Shown one piece after another: positions 47,369 through 57,190 of a stretch of 64,000 bases of DNA; within the stretch, counting starts at the first letter, position 1; each line of letters begins with the position of its first letter. Source of the stretch: Deltaproteobacteria bacterium (lineage in GTDB: Bacteria; Desulfobacterota; Binatia; UBA12015); the NCBI GenBank assembly GCA_016874795.1, contig VGTG01000004.1, positions 11,734 to 75,733 of the forward strand, read 5' to 3'. The position numbers and the translations under genes were made by a program. The notes beneath the pieces are model-generated. The model had not been told where the DNA came from, searched no databases, and worked only from the letters and a program-made list of their open reading frames with translations.

Positions 47369-48499
47369 ATGGATTTCGGATTCGACGAGCAGCAGAAGGC
47401 ACTCGCCGCAAGTGTTCGTGACGTGATCGATTCGAGATTCGGGATGGCCTACGTCCGCGGGATGCTCGACGATCCGCGGGGATTCTCGCTCGAGTTCTGG
47501 GCGGAGGCGGCGAAGCTCGGCTGGCTCGGACTTCTCGTCGAGGAGAGATACGGCGGGCTCGGGCTCGGTCCCCTCGAGATGGCCGCGGTGCAGCAGGAGC
47601 TCGGGCGAGGCGTGGTCCCCGGGCCGTACCTCGCGTCGGCGGTGCTCGCGAGCGTCGCTCTTCAGCGGTACGGCTCGGAGCGACAGAAGAAGCGCTGGCT
47701 CCCGTCGCTGGCGGCAGGCGACGAGATCGCCACTGTGGTTTTCCCGGAGGCTCATCGCGCGTCGGAGGAGGGCTTCGTCGGCTTCACCGCGGAGCGTCCC
47801 TCGCGAACCGCGTTTCGCGTGACGGGCGAGCAGCGCTTCGTCCTCGACGCGCACGTGGCGGATCTCGCCGTCGTGCCCGCGATCGCGGAGGAGGGAGTCA
47901 CACTCTTTCTGGTCGAGACATGCTCTCCGGGCGTAACCACGCAGCCGATCCGCACGATCGACGACACGCGGCGTCTGGCGACGATGCGTTTCGATGGGAT
48001 CGAGGTCGAAGCGAATCAGATTCTGGGAGAAGCGGGCGCGGGTCTCGTGCTCTTGGAGGCGGTCGCGGACGTCGGTCGCGTGGCGTTGTCCGCCGAGATG
48101 GTGGGCGGCGCCGAGCGAGCGCTCGAGATGTGCATCGATTACGCGCGCGTCCGCGAGCAATTCGGGAGGCCGATAGGCAGCTTCCAGGCGATCCAGCACA
48201 AATGCGCCGACATGCTCGTCCGCGTCGAAGGGGCTCGCGCGATGACTCTTGCGGCAGCAACTTCACTCGCACACGGAGACGCGGACGCGACTTCCGACGC
48301 GGGCATCGCAAAGTCGTGGTGCGGGGAGGCGTACCGGATGGTGACGACGGAGGGTGTGCAAATCCACGGCGGTCTCGGCTTCACATGGGATCTCGACATG
48401 CACCTGTTCTACAAGCGCGCCAAGTCGAGCGAGACGTCCCTTGGAGATGCGCGCTTCCATCGTGCACGCCTGGCCGAGCGGGCACTCGGGGAGAGCTGA
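47369..48499 (+). CDS. Acyl-CoA dehydrogenase
   Basis: MDFGFDEQQ..., FGRPIGSFQAIQHKCADM, IHGGLGFTWD. Confidence 0.85.
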   Translation: MDFGFDEQQKALAASVRDVIDSRFGMAYVRGMLDDPRGFSLEFWAEAAKLGWLGLLVEERYGGLGLGPLEMAAVQQELGRGVVPGPYLASAVLASVALQRYGSERQKKRWLPSLAAGDEIATVVFPEAHRASEEGFVGFTAERPSRTAFRVTGEQRFVLDAHVADLAVVPAIAEEGVTLFLVETCSPGVTTQPIRTIDDTRRLATMRFDGIEVEANQILGEAGAGLVLLEAVADVGRVALSAEMVGGAERALEMCIDYARVREQFGRPIGSFQAIQHKCADMLVRVEGARAMTLAAATSLAHGDADATSDAGIAKSWCGEAYRMVTTEGVQIHGGLGFTWDLDMHLFYKRAKSSETSLGDARFHRARLAERALGES

Positions 48500-48919
48500 A
48501 TGGCGAAGCGTGCGATCGAGCCGGGGCTCCTACGTCTCCCGGACGGCGAGGGTCGTGAGCTTCGGCTCTGCGCGAATCGTTGTGACGGCTGCGGCGTCGT
48601 GTTCCATCCGCCGCGCCCCGTCTGTCTCGCTTGTCATGGACGAGCCATGAGCGATGCACCTCTCGAGGGGGCGGGTACCCTGTACGCGTTCACGCGTGTG
48701 GCGATGGCGATGCGTCCCGGAATGCGCACGGAGCGCGGCTACTGGGTCGCGCACGTGGACCTCGACGGCGGACCGCGCGTGCAGGGTCTTCTCGCTCCCG
48801 ACGTTGCCGAGCCGCGCATCGGCATGCGGCTGCGACTCGGGATCGAGACCGTCCGCGTCGAGGAGAGCGGGGAGGAGATCGTGGTGCACCACTTTGCCGC
48901 GGACGAGGCTCGAGCGTGA
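48500..48919 (+). CDS. DUF35 / OB-fold plus zinc-ribbon protein (thiolase-associated)
   Basis: CANRCDGCGVVFHPPRPVCLAC zinc ribbon followed by an OB fold. The ATG directly abuts the upstream stop. Confidence 0.75.
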   Translation: MAKRAIEPGLLRLPDGEGRELRLCANRCDGCGVVFHPPRPVCLACHGRAMSDAPLEGAGTLYAFTRVAMAMRPGMRTERGYWVAHVDLDGGPRVQGLLAPDVAEPRIGMRLRLGIETVRVEESGEEIVVHHFAADEARA

Positions 48920-50073
48920 AGACCGAGAACATCGCTCTCCTCGGCACGGCGATGACGCGTTTCGCCGATCATCGCGACCGCACGCTCTTCGAGCTCGCCA
49001 CCGAGGCGGGGCTTGGCACTCTGACGGATGCCGGAATCGACCTGCGCGACGTGGGTGAAGCGTACGTCGGCTCGATGATGGCGCCGCCGATGCTCGGGGT
49101 GCGGATCTTGAAGCAGCTCGGGCTGACGGGGCTGCCCGTCGTGACGATCGAGGCGGCTTCCGCATCGGGACTCGTGGCTCTGCGCGAAGCGTCGTTCGCG
49201 GTCTCGAGCGGCCGTTGCGAGGTCGCGCTCGCCTTGACCTACGAGCACGCGATGCAGCGCCTGCCCGGGAGCGGAGGCATGACGCCGGGCTACGAGACGT
49301 TGATGGCGTCCCCCGCCTCGTTCGCGCTCTGGGCGAGCCGCCGGATGCACGAGCGCGGAACCAAGCCCGAGCACCTGGCGAAGCTCGCCGCCAAGAACTG
49401 GAACGCGGCGCGCGAGAACCCGCTCGCATATCACCGCGCCGATCACGTCGTCACGCCGCAGGAAGTCCTGGCCTCGCCGAGCGTCGCTTCGCCGTTGACG
49501 CAGATGATGGGAGCGCCGATGGGCGGAGGGGCTGCGGCAGTTCTTCTCGCGAGCCCGGACCGCGTACGGCGCCGGCGTCCCGGCGAGCCGCTCGTGCGCG
49601 TGCTCTCGTCGTCCCTGGTGACCGAGTCCTGGGATCCCGAATGGATCGCACTCGGACCCGCGGTCGGACCGCCCGGAATGACCGCCGACGCCGCCCGCCG
49701 GGCGTTCGAAGCCGCCGGTGTCGGTCCGGAGGACGTGGACGTCGCCTACGTGCACGACTCGTGGATCAACGAGGAGCTCGAGTACTACGAGCAGCTCGGC
49801 CTCTGCGCGCCGGGCGAGGCCGAGAAGCTCGCGGAGGAAGGCACCACCGCGCTCGGCGGAAGAATCCCCGTGAACGTCGACGGTGGACTCGTCGCGCGCG
49901 GACACCCGATCGGCCCGACGGGCCTCGCCCAGGTGCACGAGATCGGGCTACAGCTCCGCGGGCGAGCCGGCAGGCGTCAAGTCGAAGGAGCGACGACCGC
50001 GCTGGCGCAGCTCGTCGGCGGAGGCAGCTCGGCGATCGTCTGTTTGTTTCAGCGCGACGGTCGCGTCGCGTGA
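48916..50073 (+). CDS. Thiolase-like protein, SCP-x / lipid-transfer type
   Basis: About 385 aa with a thiolase fold (IEAASASGLVAL, HPIGPTGL). The GTG start overlaps the DUF35 stop. Confidence 0.8.
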   Translation: MKTENIALLGTAMTRFADHRDRTLFELATEAGLGTLTDAGIDLRDVGEAYVGSMMAPPMLGVRILKQLGLTGLPVVTIEAASASGLVALREASFAVSSGRCEVALALTYEHAMQRLPGSGGMTPGYETLMASPASFALWASRRMHERGTKPEHLAKLAAKNWNAARENPLAYHRADHVVTPQEVLASPSVASPLTQMMGAPMGGGAAAVLLASPDRVRRRRPGEPLVRVLSSSLVTESWDPEWIALGPAVGPPGMTADAARRAFEAAGVGPEDVDVAYVHDSWINEELEYYEQLGLCAPGEAEKLAEEGTTALGGRIPVNVDGGLVARGHPIGPTGLAQVHEIGLQLRGRAGRRQVEGATTALAQLVGGGSSAIVCLFQRDGRVA

Positions 50074-50083
50074 CGGCAGGCCG

Positions 50084-51265
50084 TCAGAGCTCGAGCTCGA
50101 GGTGCGCGTGCCCGCGCACCGTCGCCGTCAGCACCCGCTTCTGGCTTCCCTCGACCACCCGGTAGCGCGGAAAGCGTTCGGCAAACTCCTCGAGCAGCAC
50201 GCGCGCCTCCAGGCGAGCGAGAAACTGCCCCAGGCAGATGTGGAGCCCCGATCCGAAAAACAGGTTCCGCGGGGGGCGCCGATCCGCGATGAACCGATCC
50301 GGCTCGGGGAACTCGCGCTCGTCCCGGTTGGCTGCGCCGAGGAGAAAGTAGACCCAGCTCCCCTTTGCAATCGTGACTCCGTGGATCTCGACGTCGCGCG
50401 TCGCCACGCGCGCGACGTAGTGCGACGGCGTGTCGTAGCGGAGCGCCTCGTCGACGGCCGGCGCGATCAGGCTTCGGTCGGAGAAGATCCGCTCGCGCTC
50501 CGAAGGGTGCTCGGCGAGTGCTGCGAGCGCATTGCCGATCAGCTTGGCGGTAGTCTCGGAGCCGGCCGCGGCCATCAGGTTGCAGAACATCAGCACGTCG
50601 TGGTCCGAGAGATCGAGATCGTCGCCGTCCCGTGTCAGGTGATCGCTCTGGCAAATGAGGCTGATCATGTCGTCGCCCGGCGCGCGTCGACGCTCTTCGA
50701 TCAAGCCCCGAATGTAGTCGGAGATCTTGCGCGACGCCTCGACGGCGGCCCGCGGGACGGCGACTTGTCCCTCCTCGCGAGCGAGAAACGTGTCCCACCA
50801 CTCGCGCAGCACGGGACGGTCCTCTCGGGGCACGCCGAGGAGCAGGCCGATCACGTCCGACGGAATCGGGCTCGCGATCTCGACCGCGGCGTCGACCACG
50901 GTGCCGGGACGCAGAGGATCGAGCACCTCGCGCACGATCTCGCGGACCTGCGGCTCGAGCGCGGCGATGCGGTTCGGCGTGAAGGCGCGGCTCAGGATCC
51001 CTCGCACGTGGTCGTGCCGCGGGGGATCCATCGAGATGATCGAATACTTCCGGCCATCCTCGTCCGGGTTCTCGATGGCCGGACCGTGCCGCGAGGAGAA
51101 CCCGTCGTGATCGCGGAGCGCGCTCCACACATCCTCGAAGCGCGAGAGCACCCACATCCCGACTTCTTCGCAGCGGTAGACCGGCGCCTCGTCGCGGAGT
51201 CGTCGGTACACCGGATACGGATCGTCGAAGATCTCCCGCGAGAAGGGGTGGTAGTAGACCTTCAC
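50084..51265 (-). CDS. Cytochrome P450 (third)
   Basis: FGSGLHICLGQFLARLE heme loop, I-helix AAAGSETT. Confidence 0.85.
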   Translation of the reverse strand: MKVYYHPFSREIFDDPYPVYRRLRDEAPVYRCEEVGMWVLSRFEDVWSALRDHDGFSSRHGPAIENPDEDGRKYSIISMDPPRHDHVRGILSRAFTPNRIAALEPQVREIVREVLDPLRPGTVVDAAVEIASPIPSDVIGLLLGVPREDRPVLREWWDTFLAREEGQVAVPRAAVEASRKISDYIRGLIEERRRAPGDDMISLICQSDHLTRDGDDLDLSDHDVLMFCNLMAAAGSETTAKLIGNALAALAEHPSERERIFSDRSLIAPAVDEALRYDTPSHYVARVATRDVEIHGVTIAKGSWVYFLLGAANRDEREFPEPDRFIADRRPPRNLFFGSGLHICLGQFLARLEARVLLEEFAERFPRYRVVEGSQKRVLTATVRGHAHLELEL

Positions 51266-51268
51266 CCG

Positions 51269-52072
51269 TCACGTCTCATCGGCGAAGACGCCCGGCGTCT
51301 CGCCGTAGTCGACGGGGGAGAGCTCGTTCAGACCGCCGTCCGCGTGCACCACGGTCCCCGTCAGGAAGCGAGCGGCGTCGCTCGCTAGGAAGACGACCAC
51401 CGGCGCGATCTCCTCGCGCGGGCTCGCGCCGCGCCCCATCGGGCTGCACGCTGCCGTCCGGGTGTAGTTGTCCCAGACCGTTCCGATCATGCGCTCCTGC
51501 ACCGGCGTCAGCGCGAACGGGCAGAGGACGTTCACGCGGATGCCGTGGACCGCCCATTCGTTGGCGGCGACCTTGGAGAGCGCCGTGATGGCACCCTTCG
51601 CTGCGGAGTACGCGGCCGTGTACTTCATCCCGGTCAGCGCAGAGCCCGAAGTGAAGTTCACGATCGAGCCGCCGCGCTCCTTCAGGTGCGGCAGGCACGC
51701 CTGCATGAAGCGAAGCGTCGCGAGCGGACCGGTCGCGTGAGAGAGGTCCCAGTCTTTCATCGAGGTGCGCTCGATCGTCCGGGGAGGGGCGAAATACTGG
51801 GCGGCGTTCACGAGGACGTCGATCCGGCCGAATGCCTCCGTCGCTTCCGCCACGCTGCGCTCGACGTCTTCTGGCTTTGCGACGTTGCAGCGCGTGAAGT
51901 GCGCCCGCCCGCCGGCATCCACGATCGCGCCTGCGGCGGCGGCACCCGCTTCGGCGTTGATGTCCGCGATCGAGATCGAGGCTCCTTCCGCTGCCAGGGC
52001 CTCGCACACCGCTCGCGCGATTCCCTGTCCTCCACCCGTGACGAGCGCCGCGCGACCGACGAGAGCTCCCAT
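51269..52072 (-). CDS. Short-chain dehydrogenase/reductase (SDR)
   Basis: ALVTGGGQGIARAV, NAAQ, YSAAK. The true start was chosen at MGALVGR. The long upstream ORF is junk. Confidence 0.8.
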   Translation of the reverse strand: MGALVGRAALVTGGGQGIARAVCEALAAEGASISIADINAEAGAAAAGAIVDAGGRAHFTRCNVAKPEDVERSVAEATEAFGRIDVLVNAAQYFAPPRTIERTSMKDWDLSHATGPLATLRFMQACLPHLKERGGSIVNFTSGSALTGMKYTAAYSAAKGAITALSKVAANEWAVHGIRVNVLCPFALTPVQERMIGTVWDNYTRTAACSPMGRGASPREEIAPVVVFLASDAARFLTGTVVHADGGLNELSPVDYGETPGVFADET

Positions 52073-52098
52073 GTCCCGATTCCTCTCCGCCGCGGCGC

Positions 52099-53238
52099 TC
52101 ACTTCCGAGGCATTCCGAGCAGGCGCTGCGCGACGATGTTGCGCTGGATCTGCGACGTACCACCGAAGATGGATTGCGCGAGCGACCAGAAGTAGTCGTC
52201 CAGGCGCGGCGTGCGGTGAGAGAGTGCTTCCGCGCCGAGGAGGTCCATCATGACGCCGTGGACGGCGCGATCGGCTCGAGTGAGCAGGAGCTTGTCGACC
52301 GAGCCGGCCGCACCGGGAGCATCTCCTCCCATTCGTTTCGAGAGCGTCCGCTGCGCCTGGATCTCGAGGACGCGGAGGGCGACCTCCGCGCGAGCGAGAG
52401 CGATCCGACCGGCCGCGTCGACCTCGAGCTCGCCCTTGCGCAGGCGCTCTTCGAGGCCCTGGATCGTGCGCCGCATCCGCGCGATCCAGCCGTTGTCTGC
52501 GGGTCCGCGCTCGAAACCGAGAAGGAAGTTGGCGATCTCCCAGCCCTGTCCCGGTGCGCCGAGAAGAGCCCCTGCCTCGACCTCGACCCCGTCGAAGAAC
52601 ACCTGCGCGAACTCGTTCGACCCGTAGGCCGTGACGATCGTTCGCACCTCGATTCCGCGGAGATCCATCGGAACGAGGAAGACGGAGATTCCCTCGTGCT
52701 TCCTGCGGTCGGGCTCGGAGCGCGCCAGGAGGAAGCACATCTGCGAGTAGCGGGCGTCGGACGTCCAGATCTTCTGGCCGTCGATCCGGTAGCGAACGGC
52801 GCCATCTACGCCGCGAAAGCGCTCGGCGCGCGTCGCGAGGCTCGCGAGATCCGAGCCTGCTCCGGGCTCGCTGAACCCTTGGCACCAACGCTTCGTGTGC
52901 TCGAGGAGGCTTCGAAGATGGACCGTCTTCTGCTCGGGTGTCCCGAACTTCGCGATCGCTCGGGCGAGATGCCCCTGGCCGAGAGGAAGGGGCGCGCCGG
53001 CGCGCCCGAGCTCTTCGTTGAAGATGGCCTCGAAGGATTCCGGAAGACCCTGCCCGCCGAACTCCTTCGGGAGAGACAGCCAGTCATACCCGGCGTCCGC
53101 GAGGCGGCGATGCCAGGCGCGCTCCGCGGCTTCGCGTGCGTCGGACTCGTGCGGAACCTCCGGCGGCACGTTCTCGGAGAGCCATGCGCGGAACCGGCGG
53201 CGAAAGACCGCCTGTTCAGGGTTGTCGCTGAAGTCCAT
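52099..53238 (-). CDS. Acyl-CoA dehydrogenase
   Basis: MDFSDNPEQ..., QGFSEPGAGSDLASL, FGGTSQIQRNIVA. Confidence 0.85.
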   Translation of the reverse strand: MDFSDNPEQAVFRRRFRAWLSENVPPEVPHESDAREAAERAWHRRLADAGYDWLSLPKEFGGQGLPESFEAIFNEELGRAGAPLPLGQGHLARAIAKFGTPEQKTVHLRSLLEHTKRWCQGFSEPGAGSDLASLATRAERFRGVDGAVRYRIDGQKIWTSDARYSQMCFLLARSEPDRRKHEGISVFLVPMDLRGIEVRTIVTAYGSNEFAQVFFDGVEVEAGALLGAPGQGWEIANFLLGFERGPADNGWIARMRRTIQGLEERLRKGELEVDAAGRIALARAEVALRVLEIQAQRTLSKRMGGDAPGAAGSVDKLLLTRADRAVHGVMMDLLGAEALSHRTPRLDDYFWSLAQSIFGGTSQIQRNIVAQRLLGMPRK

Positions 53239-53317
53239 GGCTTCCGTCAGATTGCACAAAAGAACAGTCTTTGTATAGTCATCCCGTCTGGCGGCGGAAA
53301 ACGGCTCGGAGGGACCC

Positions 53318-55342
53318 GTGAACGAAGAGATGCGAACGGAGCCGGAGGCATCCTCGGCGCTGTTGCGGCGCTTCTACGAGACCGCACGCACGATCCGCGA
53401 GTTCGACGATCGGATGCGTCGCGGTCTCGCCTCGGGCGAGTTCATGATGAGCTACTGGCCCGTCGAAGGGCAGGAGGCGATCTCGACCGGAGTATGCGCC
53501 GCGCTCGAGCCGGACGATCGGATGGTGATCACCTATCGGTGCGCCGCCGACGCGATCGCGAAGGGCGTCGACCTCGGCGAGCTCGCGGGCGAGCTCCTCG
53601 GGAAGTCGACGGGAACGTCGGGCGGTCGCGGCGGCGCGATGGGCATCAGTGCGCCCGACATCGGACTTCTCGCCACGACCGGCATCGTCGGTGCGGGCGC
53701 ACCGATCGCGACGGGCGTCGCTCTCGCGGCCCGACAGCTCGGCTCCGGACGCGTCACCGTCGTCTCGTTCGGGGACGGCGCGACGAGCATCGGCGCGGTC
53801 CACGAGGCGATGAACCTCGCGTCTCTCTGGCAGCTTCCGCTCGTGTTTCTCTGCCACAACAATCTCTTCGGCGAGGGAACGCCGGTCGCGGAGTACACGC
53901 GCACCGAGCGTTTCTCGGATCGGGCGGCCGGCTACGGAATGCCGGGTGTCACGGTCGACGGCACCGACCCGGTCGCGGTCCACAAAGCGGCGAAGGAGGC
54001 GGTCGCACGTGCGCGTAGAGGCGGTGGTCCGACGTTCCTCGAAGCGATCGCGTTCCGGTTGAACGGGCACTACTTCGGCGATCCCTGCACCTACGTCGAC
54101 GCCGCGAAGCTCGAAGCGGCCAGGGGGAACGAGCCGATCGCGAAGCTGCGGAATCGACTCGTCTCCGGCGGCGTCACGGCGGCCGACCTCGATGCCCTCG
54201 ATCAGCGCATCGCGGACGACGTCGATCGAGCGGTGAGCTCCGCGGTCGCGGCGGACATGCCCGCTCCCGAGACTCTCTACGCGCACGTCTACGGCGGGAC
54301 CGACCGGTTCGGCGCCGTCTCCGAAGGGAAGCGCATCGCCACGTCGGTGAGCGCGGGAGCGGAGAGCGAGCTGTCGCTCGCCCAGGCCGTGAACCAGGCT
54401 CTGGAGCAAGCGATGGCGCGCGACGACAGAGTCGTGCTTCTCGGCGAGGACATCGCCGATCCGATGGGCGGTCTCTTCACCTGCACGAAGGGTCTGTCGA
54501 CCCGGTTCGGCCGCGATCGCGTGCGCGCGACGCCGATCGCCGAGGAGGCGATCGTGGGCTGCGCCATCGGGGCCGCGCTCGACGGTCTTCGCCCGGTCGC
54601 GGAGCTCATGTTCGTCGACTTCCTCGGCGTCTGTCTCGATCAGCTCGCAAACCACGCTGCAAAGCTGCGCTTCATGACGGGTGGCCGCGTGCACGTCCCG
54701 ATCACGCTGCGCTCCGTCGAGGGGGCGCACTCGGGACCGCAGCATTCGCAGGCGCTGGAGGCGTGGTTGACGCACGTCCCCGGCCTGAAGGTCGCGGTCG
54801 CGAGCACACCGCGCGACGCGAAGGGCCTCCTCACGACGTGCATCGAGGACGACGACCCCTGCGTCTTCATCGAGCCGATGCAGCTCCTTCTCGCGCGCAC
54901 GATGCGCGGTCTCGTACCGGACGGGGAGATCCGGATTCCGCTCGGCCTCGCAGACGTGAAGCGCGACGGAAAGGACGTGACCGTCGTCTCGTGGGGCGCG
55001 GTCGTGCACGCGGCCCTGCAGGCGGCGGCGGAGGTCGCCTCCGAGGGGATCGAGGTCGAGGTCGTCGATCTGCGGAGCCTCGTCCCGCTCGACCTGGAGA
55101 CGGTTCTCGCCTCGGTCGGGAAGACGCGCTGTCTCGTGATCGCGCACAGCGCCACGACGTTCTCGGGGTTCGGTGCGGAGATCGCGGCGCTGGTCTCGGA
55201 GCGCTGCTTCGGCGAGCTGAAGGCGCCCGTCTCTCGCGTCGGAGCGGCCTTCACGCCCGTGCCGCGGGCACACTCGCTCGTCGCGGCGCACAGCCCCGGA
55301 GCGCCGCAGATTGCGGCCGCAGTGCGGCAGGTCTGCCGATGA
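53318..55342 (+). CDS. 2-oxoacid (pyruvate/acetoin/branched-chain type) dehydrogenase E1 component with alpha and beta subunits fused in one 674-aa polypeptide
   Basis: The N-terminal half is a TPP-binding E1-alpha (GDGATSIGAVHEAMNLASLWQLPLVFLCHNN). From about residue 335 it is a transketolase-like E1-beta (LSLAQAVNQALEQAM...VVLLGEDIADPMGG...). It is one continuous frame. Confidence 0.8.
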   Translation: MNEEMRTEPEASSALLRRFYETARTIREFDDRMRRGLASGEFMMSYWPVEGQEAISTGVCAALEPDDRMVITYRCAADAIAKGVDLGELAGELLGKSTGTSGGRGGAMGISAPDIGLLATTGIVGAGAPIATGVALAARQLGSGRVTVVSFGDGATSIGAVHEAMNLASLWQLPLVFLCHNNLFGEGTPVAEYTRTERFSDRAAGYGMPGVTVDGTDPVAVHKAAKEAVARARRGGGPTFLEAIAFRLNGHYFGDPCTYVDAAKLEAARGNEPIAKLRNRLVSGGVTAADLDALDQRIADDVDRAVSSAVAADMPAPETLYAHVYGGTDRFGAVSEGKRIATSVSAGAESELSLAQAVNQALEQAMARDDRVVLLGEDIADPMGGLFTCTKGLSTRFGRDRVRATPIAEEAIVGCAIGAALDGLRPVAELMFVDFLGVCLDQLANHAAKLRFMTGGRVHVPITLRSVEGAHSGPQHSQALEAWLTHVPGLKVAVASTPRDAKGLLTTCIEDDDPCVFIEPMQLLLARTMRGLVPDGEIRIPLGLADVKRDGKDVTVVSWGAVVHAALQAAAEVASEGIEVEVVDLRSLVPLDLETVLASVGKTRCLVIAHSATTFSGFGAEIAALVSERCFGELKAPVSRVGAAFTPVPRAHSLVAAHSPGAPQIAAAVRQVCR

Positions 55343-56333
55343 CGGAGGTGCGGATCCCGAAGACCGGCGACGCCGTCGAGGAAGGAACGCTCGTCGAGTG
55401 GCTCGTCGAGGACGGTGCGCGCGTCGAGCGCGGCGATCCGCTGTACCTTCTCGAGACCGACAAGGTCGCGATGCAGATCGAGGCGCCGAGCGCGGGCGTG
55501 GTCGCGCGCATCGGAGTGCCGGGCGAGATCTACCCCGTCGGCGAGCTGGTCGCGACGATCACCGAGCGACCGGGATGAGTCTTGGGGGGAGCGAGGCTTC
55601 GGCCACGGATCCCCGCGGCGAAGTTTGCGTCGAGCGGCTCTCCCACATCCGCCGCTGAATCGGCAAGCACATGGCGACGTCTCGTTCGACGTCGCCTCAC
55701 ACGGTCATGGCGATGGAGGTCGACTACACCCGCGTGCGCGCGGAGCTCGACCGCGCGAAGAGGGAAGGACGTTCGCTCTCGTACCTGCCGTTCGTCGCGG
55801 CCGCGGTCGCGGAAGCGATCGTCGACTTCCCGCACGTGAACGCATCCATCCTCGGCGACGACCTGCACGTCTTCCCCAAGCTGAACCTCGGCATCGCCGT
55901 CGATCTCGACTTCCAGGGCTTGATCGTCACCGTCGTTCGCGGCGTTGCGGAGAAGCCGTTGGCCGACGTCGCAAGCGAGATCGAGGAGCTCGCGACACGC
56001 GCTCGAAATCGGGCTCTTTCGCCCGACGACGTCGCGCACGGGACCTTCACGATCACCAACGCGGGCGGGTACGGGACGCTCTTCACCGCCGCGATCATCA
56101 ACCAGCCGCAGGTCGCGATCCTTTCCACCGACGGGATCACGCCCAAGCCGGTCGCGGTTGCGCGGGAGAGCGGTGGCTGGGATGTCGAGGTCCGTCCGAT
56201 CGGTGTGCTGACGCTGACCTGGGGCCACCGCGCCTTCGACGGAGCCTACGCCGCGGCCTTTCTCAAGCGGTCGAAGACGGAGCTCGAGCAGCGCGACTGG
56301 CGCGCCGCCGTCGAAGGGAGAACTGAAGAATGA
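55339..56333 (+). pseudogene. Dihydrolipoamide acyltransferase (E2) disrupted: intact lipoyl domain (55339-55578), then a stop and frameshift, then the catalytic domain lacking its first roughly 40 residues (55671-56333)
   Basis: The lipoyl domain is IPKTGDAVEEGTLVEWL...LETDKVAMQIEAP (lipoyl-Lys in ETDKV) then TGA. The second ORF in another frame has the catalytic motif LTWGHRAFDGAYAAAF (DHRxxDG) but starts mid-domain. No PSBD/linker is present. Confidence 0.65.
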
Positions 56334-56680
56334 CGACGACCGACTTCGGCCCGTACGTGCACTACGAGAAGGAAGACGCGGTCGCTCGCATCGTCCTCGA
56401 CGACCCGAAGCGAGCCAACGCGCAGTCGTTCCGCGAAGCGAGCTGCAGAAGACGGCCGAGGATCTCGCGGCGAAGATCGCGCGCGCGCCCGGATCGACGC
56501 TCGTGGCGACGAAGACGACGATCCGGCGCGCGTGGGAGCTGATGGGCATGCGGATCCATCAGCAGATGTCGACCGACATGGTCGCGATCGTGGCCGGGCA
56601 CACGGACTTTCAGACGAAGCTGAGAGAGCTCGCGGCTTCCGGGAAGAAGCCGCGCGAGGTGACGAAGGAGGAGAAGTAGC
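56330..56680 (+). pseudogene. Enoyl-CoA hydratase remnant with an internal deletion of about 150 codons plus a frameshift
   Basis: N-terminal 38 aa (MTTTDFGPYVHYEKEDAVARIVLDDPKRANAQSFREAS) in one frame, joined directly to the C-terminal region in another frame (LQKTAEDLAAKIARAPGSTLVATKTTIRRAWELMGMRIHQQMSTDMVAIVAGHTDFQ). The C-terminus closely parallels the intact paralog at 16654-17460 (KRAWELMGFRIHQQMSADMTTTVAAHKDFQ). Confidence 0.7.
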
Positions 56681-57130
56681 TCAGGCGCCCGCGCGCGAGC
56701 CTCGCTCGATCAGCTCGATGCGGGTGCCGTCGGGATCGAGAGCGAAGAGGCCGCGGTTGCCGCTGCGAAACGCGGATCGCGTGCTCTGCAGCACGCGGCC
56801 GCCGTGTTTCTCGATCGATTCGGCGACGGCATCGAGTGTTTCGACGGCGAAGCTGAGGTGTGTCAGCCCGAGCTCGTTCATCGCTCGCCGCTCGCCCGTT
56901 CCTCGATGGCCGGGCGCGTCGTAGTGCAGGAGCTCGATGCGCCAACCGTCGCGCTCCAGGTACACCAACCGAAGGCGCGTGCCTTCGACCTCGAGGATCC
57001 GGGCGGTCGCGTCGTCGCCGACGTCGAGTCGACCAACCTCGCGAAAGCCGAGAGCTTCGCGATAGAACGCGAGGGATCGATCGAGATCGCTGACACAGAT
57101 GCCGAGATGCGTGAGCCGGAGTTCTGTCAC
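56681..57130 (-). CDS. VOC-family (glyoxalase/bleomycin-resistance/dioxygenase fold) protein
   Basis: RLTHLGICVSDLDRSLAFYREALGF...LGLTHLSFAVETLD has duplicated beta-alpha-beta-beta-beta modules. GTG start. Confidence 0.75.
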   Translation of the reverse strand: MTELRLTHLGICVSDLDRSLAFYREALGFREVGRLDVGDDATARILEVEGTRLRLVYLERDGWRIELLHYDAPGHRGTGERRAMNELGLTHLSFAVETLDAVAESIEKHGGRVLQSTRSAFRSGNRGLFALDPDGTRIELIERGSRAGA

Positions 57131-57190
57131 GGTCGTCGCCCGCTCCTTCAGAATTGACAATGTGACGAAAGTTGTTCCATCATCCCTACC

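Noticed and set aside
55339-56333. Reading the E2 acyltransferase as one intact gene
   Set aside because: The lipoyl-domain frame hits a TGA at 55576-55578. The catalytic domain is in a different frame and begins mid-domain. The roughly 90-nt gap encodes no PSBD.
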